Below, one piece after another: positions 9,601-16,092 of a DNA stretch of 64,000 bases. The stretch's first letter is position 1, and each line of letters starts with the position of its first letter. Both the position numbers and the translations under genes were made by a program. The notes beneath the pieces were generated by a model that did no database searches, was not told where the DNA came from, and worked only from the letters and a program-made list of their open reading frames with translations. Origin of the DNA: Bryobacteraceae bacterium (GTDB lineage: Bacteria > Acidobacteriota > Terriglobia > Bryobacterales > Bryobacteraceae); the NCBI GenBank assembly GCA_041946965.1, contig JBHGBM010000017.1, positions 8,534-72,533 of the forward strand, read 5' to 3'.

Positions 9601-9692
9601 GGAGAATGGTGCGGCGGTATGGTTGGTGGGGGCTTGCCTTTTTGGAAGCCCTGCTCATTACCTCCGACCGACTCGTGTCAGCGCGAGAGTGA
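6678..9692 (+). CDS. cas3: Cas3 helicase-nuclease with C-terminal HD domain (type I-G/I-U architecture), 1004 aa
   Basis: ATG 6678 lies 2 nt after the csb2 stop. The protein has Walker A VPTGCGKTS, DEAH box ILDEAHLAS, and C-terminal HD motifs LLKHT...SWHDVGKRD...GLRHEF...VGTHHGYGRAF. Confidence 0.8.
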   Translation: MPDLEAVQFADFYEAVHGYEPFEWQKRLAKDILEHHNWRDVRVPTGCGKTSVLDIALFELALQADLAPENRTASRRICFVIDRRLVVDEVTEHAMEIRRALGEARAGRRQETVLCTVSQRLTKISADRDQVLRVVRLRGGVYRDDGWAADPLTPTVIISTVDQIGSRLLFRGYGVSPRSRSVQAGLLGFDTRIILDEAHLASVFATSLQHVRSYQTDAKRPPLGRQRGVSLVRMSATVHEKDCFELTREERKDRRLAARLNAHKCAELITVNVESISKDERKKQPRKAKEVEAKNRQHFGTSVAALAETFAYEDPGKQTGPRVIGVVVNRVSTARTVFARLSTTRGGYARDVILLTGRIRPFDRDRLLQLWLPKIRAGRNTDLNRPLFVVGTQTVEVGANLDFDALVTEAAPLDALRQRFGRLDRLGRRHERGLASPAAIVIRSDQKSSAFDDPVYGTETAETWRWLNSKEVLGKAKRIDFGVNHLDPKLSKLQPPISPGIMAPLLFPSHLDAWAQTNPEPDPDPDLEPFLHGTAGSAADVQIVWRADLIDSNELQWREIVALMPPRTRESLPVPVYEVRSWLRKQAAGEIADLEGGAFDVSAEMGAPYRRVLRWFGSDDSRTRLAGPDQVRPGDTIVVPASYGGADTFGWNPEFSEAVSDVAEPCLVQLVNSYPKTALRRPRVRLRLHPHLLPSAKELPLDRVRGFFRAAVDAVRAHDQDSWPAIERILRAIRPYVREAERAAAIDAILQAKDRPQVRLYPQQDAFVLTADVRLPLAAPEAPASENAEFEEPEDDEMSFRSDGHPITLLKHTAAVRKSCAKFARACGLEKEVRRALLLAASWHDVGKRDARFQAWLHGSEVKALVALAGDEPLAKSGRDPRNWKSSEVFGYPKGLRHEFVSVRLLEQAVGLRCSDPDLARLLVGTHHGYGRAFAPATEDRKPVEVSVRVNGNLIAVSTDHRLYRADSGWTDLFWRMVRRYGWWGLAFLEALLITSDRLVSARE

Positions 9693-9712
9693 TTCCGGAG
9701 CGAGATAGGAAA

Positions 9713-10657
9713 ATGAGCGACCTAGAACTTTCTGGCCTCCGAGGGCACCACCCTCTCGGGTTTCTTGCCGCGTGCGGAGTCTTGCGTTCTTGCACTGGGC
9801 CCACGGGTGACGGCAAGGTCAGCCTGTACTGGAAACACGCGGCTGATGGATCCGGGTGGATTGCGGTGCTACATCGGTATAGCAGTTTGCAGTCGAGATC
9901 TTTGTTACGGCTCCTGATCTGCAAAGCCGGAATTCAACGGAAATCGCCTGCGCTAAACTGGTCGAGCAAGATCGATGATCGAAAAAAATACCGCGAGGTG
10001 GGGCTCTCGCTAATTGAGAACCGATCGGATCTGGGCAATTCGGATGCGCTGGCTGTTCTGGCCGCACTCGCATCTGACATAGTCGCCGACGGCAAGGATA
10101 AGCTTGAAGCAACTTCGCTGGATCTGACCTCAGGCAACCAACGGTTACTGAAGTCATTGCAGGAACTCTCGGCGGATCTCTCCAAGTCGCCAAAACGTTC
10201 CGGCTATGTGCCGCCGGGCGCGGCTGCATTTAAGGAAGCGATCTTCGGTCCCTGGCGATATCAGGACACCGCGCACTCCTTGGGGTGGGATCCTCAGACG
10301 CAACGGTTGCATGCGCTCCGCCACAAACTGCCAGAACAGGACAAAGCAGGTCGATCTGTGCGTGCAGCAGTCTTCCTGGCCAGTCAAGCTTTCCCACTAT
10401 TCCCGTGCTTTGCTGTGAACGGGAAGCTTCGCACGACTGGTTTTCACCCGGAAGGTCGCGACGAATACTTTGCGTGGCCCATCTGGCGGGAACCGATCTC
10501 GTTGTGCGCGCTCAGATCATTGCTCGCCCTGCCGTTAAATGATCTGAGGATGCGGGGAGTTGAAGTCGTTTACCGCTGCCGGCGCGTACGCACGGGTGGC
10601 TCAGAGGGGAACTATCAGATCTTCAGTAATGCGGAGGAGTGGCCATGGCGCGCGTAA
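9713..10657 (+). CDS. Short Cas8u/Csx17-like (or Csb3-like) candidate subunit, 314 aa
   Basis: ATG 9713 lies 20 nt after the cas3 stop. The N-terminus LSGLRGHHPLGFLAACGVLR resembles the Csx17/Cas8u N-terminal motif (GC...PL..YLKALGVLRL). The C-terminus has a FAWPIW.EP motif. The protein is much shorter than the roughly 700-aa Csx17 as I recall it. Confidence 0.45.
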   Translation: MSDLELSGLRGHHPLGFLAACGVLRSCTGPTGDGKVSLYWKHAADGSGWIAVLHRYSSLQSRSLLRLLICKAGIQRKSPALNWSSKIDDRKKYREVGLSLIENRSDLGNSDALAVLAALASDIVADGKDKLEATSLDLTSGNQRLLKSLQELSADLSKSPKRSGYVPPGAAAFKEAIFGPWRYQDTAHSLGWDPQTQRLHALRHKLPEQDKAGRSVRAAVFLASQAFPLFPCFAVNGKLRTTGFHPEGRDEYFAWPIWREPISLCALRSLLALPLNDLRMRGVEVVYRCRRVRTGGSEGNYQIFSNAEEWPWRA

Positions 10658-10718
10658 TCCGTCCCGGCATTTTGCCGCGTTGTTCGATCCATCTCCGTGT
10701 GTCCGCGCGTTCTCTACG

Positions 10719-10963
10719 ATGGATGTGCGGGTGTCAACGGACAAGAGGCTGACGAAGCATGGCAACAGCTTGGCGCTGGTCATTGACCGGCCGATTTTGA
10801 ACTCCTGAAGATAGATGCCGAAACTCCGGTGAGTGCCACGAAGGATGGGCACCGCCTGAGCATCGAGCCCGCCGGACGATCCGAAAGAAGACAGAGGTTC
10901 GAGACGGCCCAAACGATGGCGCATGAGCATTACGGTAAGGCGTTCGAGAGGTTCGCTGACTGA
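10719..10963 (+). pseudogene. AbrB/MazE/SpoVT-type antitoxin gene disrupted by a 1-nt frameshift near 10799
   Basis: MDVRVSTDKRLTKHGNSLALVIDRPIL stops at 10806-10808. The +1-shifted frame continues ELLKIDAETPVSATKDGHRLSIEPAGRSERRQRFETAQTMAHEHYGKAFERFAD to TGA 10961-10963. Together they reconstitute a typical AbrB-fold antitoxin. There is no adjacent toxin partner. Confidence 0.5.
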
Positions 10964-11045
10964 TCGTTCCCGTCAATGACGCGGTTGGCGGTTCCCCGTG
11001 AAGGCGCGCCAACTGCGATACAATGTATCTCAGGAGGGACAAGCT

Positions 11046-11300
11046 ATGGCGACGACGATGGTTCACGTCCGCGTGGACGAAAGGACGAAGGATCGGGCCG
11101 CGAAGACACTGGCCGGGATGGGCCTGTCTGTGTCCGATGCCGTCCGCATGTTGCTGGTCCGCGTGGCCGCCGAGAAGGCGTTGCCCTTCGAGGTGAAGGC
11201 GCCTAACCCCACCACCGCAAAAGCCATGCGCGCCGCCGACCAGGGCAAGGGAAAACGGCACGGTTCTGCCGACGCACTCTTCAAAGACCTGGGGATCTGA
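11046..11300 (+). CDS. dinJ: RelB/DinJ family antitoxin
   Basis: ATG 11046 is preceded by CAGGAGGGAC. VHVRVDERTKDRAAKTLAGMGLSVSDAVRMLLVRVAAEKALPFEV...ADALFKDLGI aligns closely with E. coli DinJ. Confidence 0.85.
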   Translation: MATTMVHVRVDERTKDRAAKTLAGMGLSVSDAVRMLLVRVAAEKALPFEVKAPNPTTAKAMRAADQGKGKRHGSADALFKDLGI

Positions 11301-11303
11301 TCG

Positions 11304-11570
11304 TTGCGGACACCGATCAGCGGCGCCCAGTTCCGCCGCGATGCGAAACTGGCGCAGAAGCGCGGCAAGGACATGGCGAAACTGCGGGAAGTTATCCTGC
11401 TGCTTGTCGAGGGAAACCCGCTGCCGGCCCGGTACAAGGATCATCCGCTCAGCGGCGAGTGGAGCCACCACCGCGATTGCCACATCGAGCCGGACTGGCT
11501 GTTGATCTACAAGGTGAACGGTGACGACCTCTACCTGGTCCGCACGGGAACGCATTCGGACCTGTTCTGA
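11304..11570 (+). CDS. yafQ: YafQ/RelE family mRNA interferase toxin
   Basis: TTG 11304 lies 3 nt after the dinJ stop. FRRDAKLAQKRGKDMAKL...PARYKDHPLSGEWSHHRDCHIEPDWLLIYKV...RTGTHSDLF matches YafQ (KLAQKR.KDM...YKDHPL.G.W...RD.H.EPDW.LIYK...RTGTH..LF). Confidence 0.85.
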   Translation: MRTPISGAQFRRDAKLAQKRGKDMAKLREVILLLVEGNPLPARYKDHPLSGEWSHHRDCHIEPDWLLIYKVNGDDLYLVRTGTHSDLF

Positions 11571-11741
11571 GTCTGCCGCGAAGCCACGGATTGGGTCGGG
11601 GTCGAGTTCGACCCAAAGCAATCGTCTGTGGTTTGCGAGCGCGGCACCCGCCGCGCGGGAAGAAGCGTCACCTGCTTCATCGTTCTCGCCACGGGTCCAG
11701 GCGGTACGTGAGCGCGTGCGCCGGTGCAACCCCGCGAGTGC

Positions 11742-11765
11742 CAGGCACTCACGCAGGCACTCACT
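11742..11765. repeat. Tandem 12-bp repeat CAGGCACTCAC(G/T) x2 near the element end
   Basis: caggcactcacg at 11742-11753 is followed directly by caggcactcact at 11754-11765. Confidence 0.5.
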
Positions 11766-11824
11766 GGGTTAGAGCGAGCATAGCGGATGGAACGACTAGA
11801 AATCGGCAACCCATAACAAACAAA

Positions 11825-11860
11825 AGACTTAGCCGCAAACTACTGAATCTGCTAAGTCTT
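11825..11860. other. 10-bp inverted repeat (AAGACTTAGC ... GCTAAGTCTT) with 16-nt loop, adjacent to the att-like site
   Basis: Arms at 11825-11834 and 11851-11860 are perfectly complementary, and the surrounding sequence is AT-rich. Confidence 0.5.
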
Positions 11861-11881
11861 TGAAAACACGTCATCCCCACA

Positions 11882-11926
11882 TTCGTAATCAGCAGGTCGC
11901 CGGTTCAAGCCCGGCGGGTGGCTCCA
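11882..11926 (+). other. tRNA-Thr(CGU)-like 3' half only (anticodon loop to CCA); putative attR of the integrated element, not a functional tRNA
   Basis: The fragment reads ttCGTaa loop, tcagc, variable aggtc, T arm gccgg-ttcaagc-ccggc, acceptor 3' strand gggtggc, t, cca. The upstream 30 nt has no matching 5' acceptor strand (gccaccc), no D arm and no 5' anticodon stem strand. Confidence 0.6.
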
Positions 11927-12539
11927 TCGAATTGAAACGGAGTCCGTCCATCACAATCGCCGATTCCCAAGAAGTTGTACGCCCAAGACGATCCGTCCTT
12001 ACCAGCACGCGTTCAACGCGGCCGACATCCGGCCAGCGTTGAAATCCGGCGTGCCGGCGACGATGGAGAGCGGCCGCTTGAAGGCCATCCGCGCAAGGCC
12101 TTGCGCGGCGCCTTACAGTGAAGATGAAGTCCATGGTGCTGCGCTTTAACGAACGACGAGCGACCGAAGCTGCCGTGCGCTTCCTCAGATGGCGACGCGA
12201 TGATCGTGGATGCACGGCGGTTGGAGGCCGAGATCGCGGCCGGCCTGGCTCTGGTTCGCGAGAAGTGTTCAGCCGCCACCCTGAGACTTGTGCAAGACGG
12301 CGTGGTTGCATCGCTCTTCACCAGACCGAAAATCCTTCGTTCTTGCCGAGAACACTGGCGGCGATAGAGGCGCGGACTGCCTGGGCTCGCCGCGCGTCCG
12401 CGCGTTATGCCTGGTGCAGCCCCTACCCTACCCCACCACCAGACAAAACAGACCCCTTAAGCATTCCAGGGTGTATACTGTCCCCCGGGCCGGCTGCGAG
12501 AGCGGCATCCCGGCCCCGGATCGGTCTTCAGGAGGTTTT

Positions 12540-15500
12540 ATGCGGATTCAGTTTCTGTGCCCGATCCTGGCGCTGGCGAGTGTTCCCGGGTTGCAGGCCC
12601 AGGATGCCCGCGGCGACATCATCGGGCGTGTCAGCGATCCTACGGGCGCGGTGGTGGCCGGCGCCACCGTCCGCGTGGTGAGGACCGCCGCCAACGTTCA
12701 AAACACGGCGATCACCAACGAGACAGGCGATTACACGCTGGCGTTCCTGATCCCCGGCGAGTACGAATTGTCGGTCGAGGCTGCCGGCTTCAAGAAGTTC
12801 GTGCAGCAAGGCATCAGCGTGCGCGTAAGCGAGAGGATCACCATGAACGTCACGCTGGAGGTCGGCTCCATTACCGAGACGGTGAAGGTGGTGGGCGAGG
12901 CGCCCCTGGTGGAATCCGCCACGGCATCGCTCGGCCAGGTGGTCGATCAGAGACGCATCGCCGAACTGCCATTGAAAGACGGCAACCCGATGATGCTGGC
13001 GGATCTCAGTCCGGGCGTCTTTTTCACCGGCACCCTGGCGTGGTCGCGTCCGTTCGACAACAGTTCGCCGTCCTCCATGGCGACCAACGGCGCGCGGTCC
13101 GGCACGAACGAGTACACCATGGACGGCGCTCCCAACAACGGGGCGATGAACGGGAACGTGGCCTATGTGCCGCCCACGGCCGTGGTTGAGGAGTTTAAGA
13201 TCCAGACTTCCACTTTCGACGCCAGCGTCGGCTTCGCGACCGGCGCCGCGATCAACGTCAGCCTCAAGTCCGGCACCAACGACTTGCACGGCACCCTGCA
13301 CGAATTTCTCCAGAACACGTCCCTGGGGGCCAACAGCTTTTTCTCGAACACGGCCGGCCGGCCCCGTGACGTGAACCGCCAGAACCGCTGGAGCGCCTCC
13401 GGCACCGGGCCGGTGTACATCCCCAAGCTGTACAACGGCAAGAACGTGACCTTCTGGATGTATGGTTACGAAGGCATCGCGGACTACTTCCCGCGCGAGA
13501 CCCTGACCACCAGCGTGCCGAACGAGAAGCTGAAGCAAGGGGACTTCTCAGACCTGCTGAAGATCGGCTCGATCTACCAGATCTACGACCCCAAGACCAT
13601 CCAACTCGCGCCGGGCGGGCGCACCAGCCGCCAGGTCTTCCCGGGCAATATCATCCCCGCGAGCCGGATCGATCCTATCGCGGTCAAGCTCCTGCCGTTC
13701 TATCCAAAGCCCAACCTGCCCGGCACGGCGGACGGCACGAACAACTACACCACTCCGAATTCCGACACGGACAACTTCTTCAGTCACATCTTCCGCATCG
13801 ACCACAACTTCAGCGAGAATCACAGGGCCTTCTTCCGCGGGCACGCCAACCGGCGTTTCCAGCGCACCGCGCACCAGTTTCGCGGCACCGGCCTGCCTCC
13901 CACCAACGGAACCAACAACTGGCGGCAGAACCGGGGCGCCGTGATCGACGATGTGTACGTCTTCAGCCCGCAGTTCCTCATGAACACGCGCTACAGCTAC
14001 ACCCGTTACTTCGAGCCGGTTGACGCGCTGACCTCGGGCTGGAACCCGGCCGAGTACGGTTTCTCGCAGAAACTTGTGGACCAGATCAGAAGGGAAGATC
14101 CGCGGCGTCTCCAGTTGCCGGAAATCGCACCGGCGGGCTACTACGCCCTGAGCGCTTCCAACCGGGCCGCCAACCACGCTGAAATTCACGCGTTCGCCGC
14201 CAATTTCACCCGCATGGTGCGAGCCCACACGCTGCGTTTCGGCGCCGAGCACCGCATCTACCGCAACAACAACGCGGGGCTTGGCAGAGGTTCGGGAAGC
14301 CTGACCTTCAGCACGAACTGGACCCGGGGACCGTTGGACAACTCGCCGACGGCGCCCATGGGTCAGGGGCTGGCCAGCTTCCTGCTGGGATTGCCGACCA
14401 GCGGCTACATCAATGTCAACGACTCCCTGGCGCAACAGGCCACTGTTCCGTCGTTCTATTTCCAGGACGACTGGAAGATCACCCGCAAGCTGACCTTCAA
14501 TCTGGGCCTGCGCTACGAGATCGACCGCCCGCTGACGGAGCGCTTCAACCGCACGGTACGGGGATTCGATTCCGCCGCCGCCTTGCCCATCGAGGCGGCG
14601 GTGCAGGCCAACTACGCCCGCAGCCCGATTCCGGAGGTGGCCCCCGGCCAGTTCCGGGTGCGCGGAGGACTGACCTTCGCGGGTGTGGGCGGACAGCCGC
14701 GGACTCTCTGGAACACCAATACGAGGAACTTCTCGCCCCGCGCCGGCCTGGCCTACCAGATCAACATCCGTACGGTGGTCAGGGCCGGTTATGGCTTTTT
14801 CTACGACCTCGACCGCCAAAGCGTAAATCAGATCGGTTTCAGCCAGCAGACCTCCCTGGTTCCCACGGTGGATCAAGGCGTGACGTTCATAGCCAGCACA
14901 GCAGACCCCTTCCCGAACGGCTGGAGCCAGCCAACCGGCGCCTCGCTGGGCGTGATGACTTACGCCGGCCAGAGCATCAGCTTCTTCAACCCCGACCTGT
15001 TGACGCCTTACATGCAGCGGTGGCAGATCGGGGTGCAGCGCGAACTCGCCGGCCAGACGGTGGCGGAGCTGGCGTACGTCGGCAGCCGCGGGACCAGACT
15101 ACGGACAAGCCGGGCGCTGAACGCCGTGCCGCGGCAGTACTACAGCACGCTTCCGGCGCGCGATCAGCCGTGGATCGACTACATCACGGCGGCGGTCGCC
15201 AACCCGTTCTACCCGCTGCTGCCGGGGACCAGCCTGGCGGGGTCCACCGTCGGGCGTTCGCAATTGCTGAGGCCGTTCCCGCAGTTTACGGGCGTCAGCT
15301 ACACCACCAATGAAGGTTACTCCTGGTATCACTCGCTTCAGACGCGCTTCGAAAAACGGCTCTCCGCCGGTTACACCGTCTCCGTGGCGTGGACCTGGTC
15401 GAAGTTCATGGAGGCCACCGGCTTCCTCAACGAGACCGATCCGCGGCCCGAGCGGGTCATTTCGGACCAGGACCGCACCCATCGGCTGGTGGTCACGGGC

Positions 15501-16007
15501 ATTTACGAGCTGCCGTTCGGCAGGGGCAAGCGCCTGCTGGCTTCCACCAGAGGCGTGGCCGGAAAGCTGATCAGCGGGTGGCAGGTCTCGGGCATCTACC
15601 AGGGCCAGTCCGGCGCCGCGCTCGGTTTCGGAGACGCGATCCTTTATGGGAACCTGAAAGACATTCCGATCGCCAATTCCGCGCGGACCGCGCAGCGCTG
15701 GTTCAACGTCGATGCCGGCTTCGAGCGGGCTTCGGCGCGGCAGCGCTCCTGGGCCATCCGCACCCTGCCTTCGCGCTTCAGCGGCATTCGGGCCGACGGC
15801 ATCAACACTTGGGATCTTTCGGTCATCAAGAACACCCATTTCCGGGAGAGGGGCTACGTCGAGTTCCGGACTGAGTTTATCAACGCCTGGAACCACACAC
15901 AGTTCAGCGCTCCCAACACGACTCCGACCAGTACGGCGTTTGGGTCGGTGAATGCGGTCGCGGTCTTCCCGCGCATTGTTCAGCTCGCGTTGCGGGTGGT
16001 GTTCTGA
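12540..16007 (+). CDS. TonB-dependent receptor with N-terminal carboxypeptidase-regulatory-like domain (1155 aa)
   Basis: ATG 12540 has AGGAGG just upstream. A signal peptide MRIQFLCPILALASVPGLQA is followed by GRVSDPTGAVVAGATVRVV...TGDYTLAFLIPGEYELSVEAAGFKKF. The C-terminus ends ...LALRVVF. Confidence 0.85.
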   Translation: MRIQFLCPILALASVPGLQAQDARGDIIGRVSDPTGAVVAGATVRVVRTAANVQNTAITNETGDYTLAFLIPGEYELSVEAAGFKKFVQQGISVRVSERITMNVTLEVGSITETVKVVGEAPLVESATASLGQVVDQRRIAELPLKDGNPMMLADLSPGVFFTGTLAWSRPFDNSSPSSMATNGARSGTNEYTMDGAPNNGAMNGNVAYVPPTAVVEEFKIQTSTFDASVGFATGAAINVSLKSGTNDLHGTLHEFLQNTSLGANSFFSNTAGRPRDVNRQNRWSASGTGPVYIPKLYNGKNVTFWMYGYEGIADYFPRETLTTSVPNEKLKQGDFSDLLKIGSIYQIYDPKTIQLAPGGRTSRQVFPGNIIPASRIDPIAVKLLPFYPKPNLPGTADGTNNYTTPNSDTDNFFSHIFRIDHNFSENHRAFFRGHANRRFQRTAHQFRGTGLPPTNGTNNWRQNRGAVIDDVYVFSPQFLMNTRYSYTRYFEPVDALTSGWNPAEYGFSQKLVDQIRREDPRRLQLPEIAPAGYYALSASNRAANHAEIHAFAANFTRMVRAHTLRFGAEHRIYRNNNAGLGRGSGSLTFSTNWTRGPLDNSPTAPMGQGLASFLLGLPTSGYINVNDSLAQQATVPSFYFQDDWKITRKLTFNLGLRYEIDRPLTERFNRTVRGFDSAAALPIEAAVQANYARSPIPEVAPGQFRVRGGLTFAGVGGQPRTLWNTNTRNFSPRAGLAYQINIRTVVRAGYGFFYDLDRQSVNQIGFSQQTSLVPTVDQGVTFIASTADPFPNGWSQPTGASLGVMTYAGQSISFFNPDLLTPYMQRWQIGVQRELAGQTVAELAYVGSRGTRLRTSRALNAVPRQYYSTLPARDQPWIDYITAAVANPFYPLLPGTSLAGSTVGRSQLLRPFPQFTGVSYTTNEGYSWYHSLQTRFEKRLSAGYTVSVAWTWSKFMEATGFLNETDPRPERVISDQDRTHRLVVTGIYELPFGRGKRLLASTRGVAGKLISGWQVSGIYQGQSGAALGFGDAILYGNLKDIPIANSARTAQRWFNVDAGFERASARQRSWAIRTLPSRFSGIRADGINTWDLSVIKNTHFRERGYVEFRTEFINAWNHTQFSAPNTTPTSTAFGSVNAVAVFPRIVQLALRVVF

Positions 16008-16092
16008 AGGGAGAAGCACTGGAGTAGAAAGACCGGCCGGATAACGGCCTTCAGTCCCATAATTGCTGGTTCAAACGCTGAGAGGAGTCTAT

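Larger units (their letters stand above)
1..11926 (+). mobile_element. Right-hand portion of an integrated element (phage-satellite-like or integrative island); left end and integrase are off-window
   Basis: It holds replication, packaging and TA genes plus a cas-like cargo. It ends exactly at a 45-nt tRNA 3' half (11882-11926) with an AT-rich flank. Parts of the cargo look lower in GC than the chromosome to the right (lines sampled by eye only). Confidence 0.55.

Noticed and set aside
10734-11729. 331-aa minus-strand ORF across the antitoxin/DinJ/YafQ region
   Set aside because: It lies antisense to three genes with clear family matches, and its composition is that of a high-GC shadow ORF.
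11851-11926. A complete tRNA gene at the element boundary
   Set aside because: Only the 3' 45 nt fold as tRNA. The upstream 30 nt cannot form the acceptor stem (gccaccc would be needed), the D arm or the 5' anticodon stem strand.
12118-12681. Track ORF, and an alternative frame (about 12128-12360, ...GDAMIVDARRLEAEIAAGLALVREKCSAATLRLVQDGVV...), in the gap between the att-like site and the TBDR
   Set aside because: There is no convincing start or RBS, and the frames are short, mutually exclusive and match no family I recognise. They could be decayed remnants, but I cannot support a call.
12528-16019. Minus-strand ORFs 12528..13538, 13548..14876 and 15099..16019 opposite the first TBDR
   Set aside because: They are shadow ORFs opposite a gene with strong TBDR features. 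The products are rich in Arg/Gly/Ala/Pro/His with no motifs.
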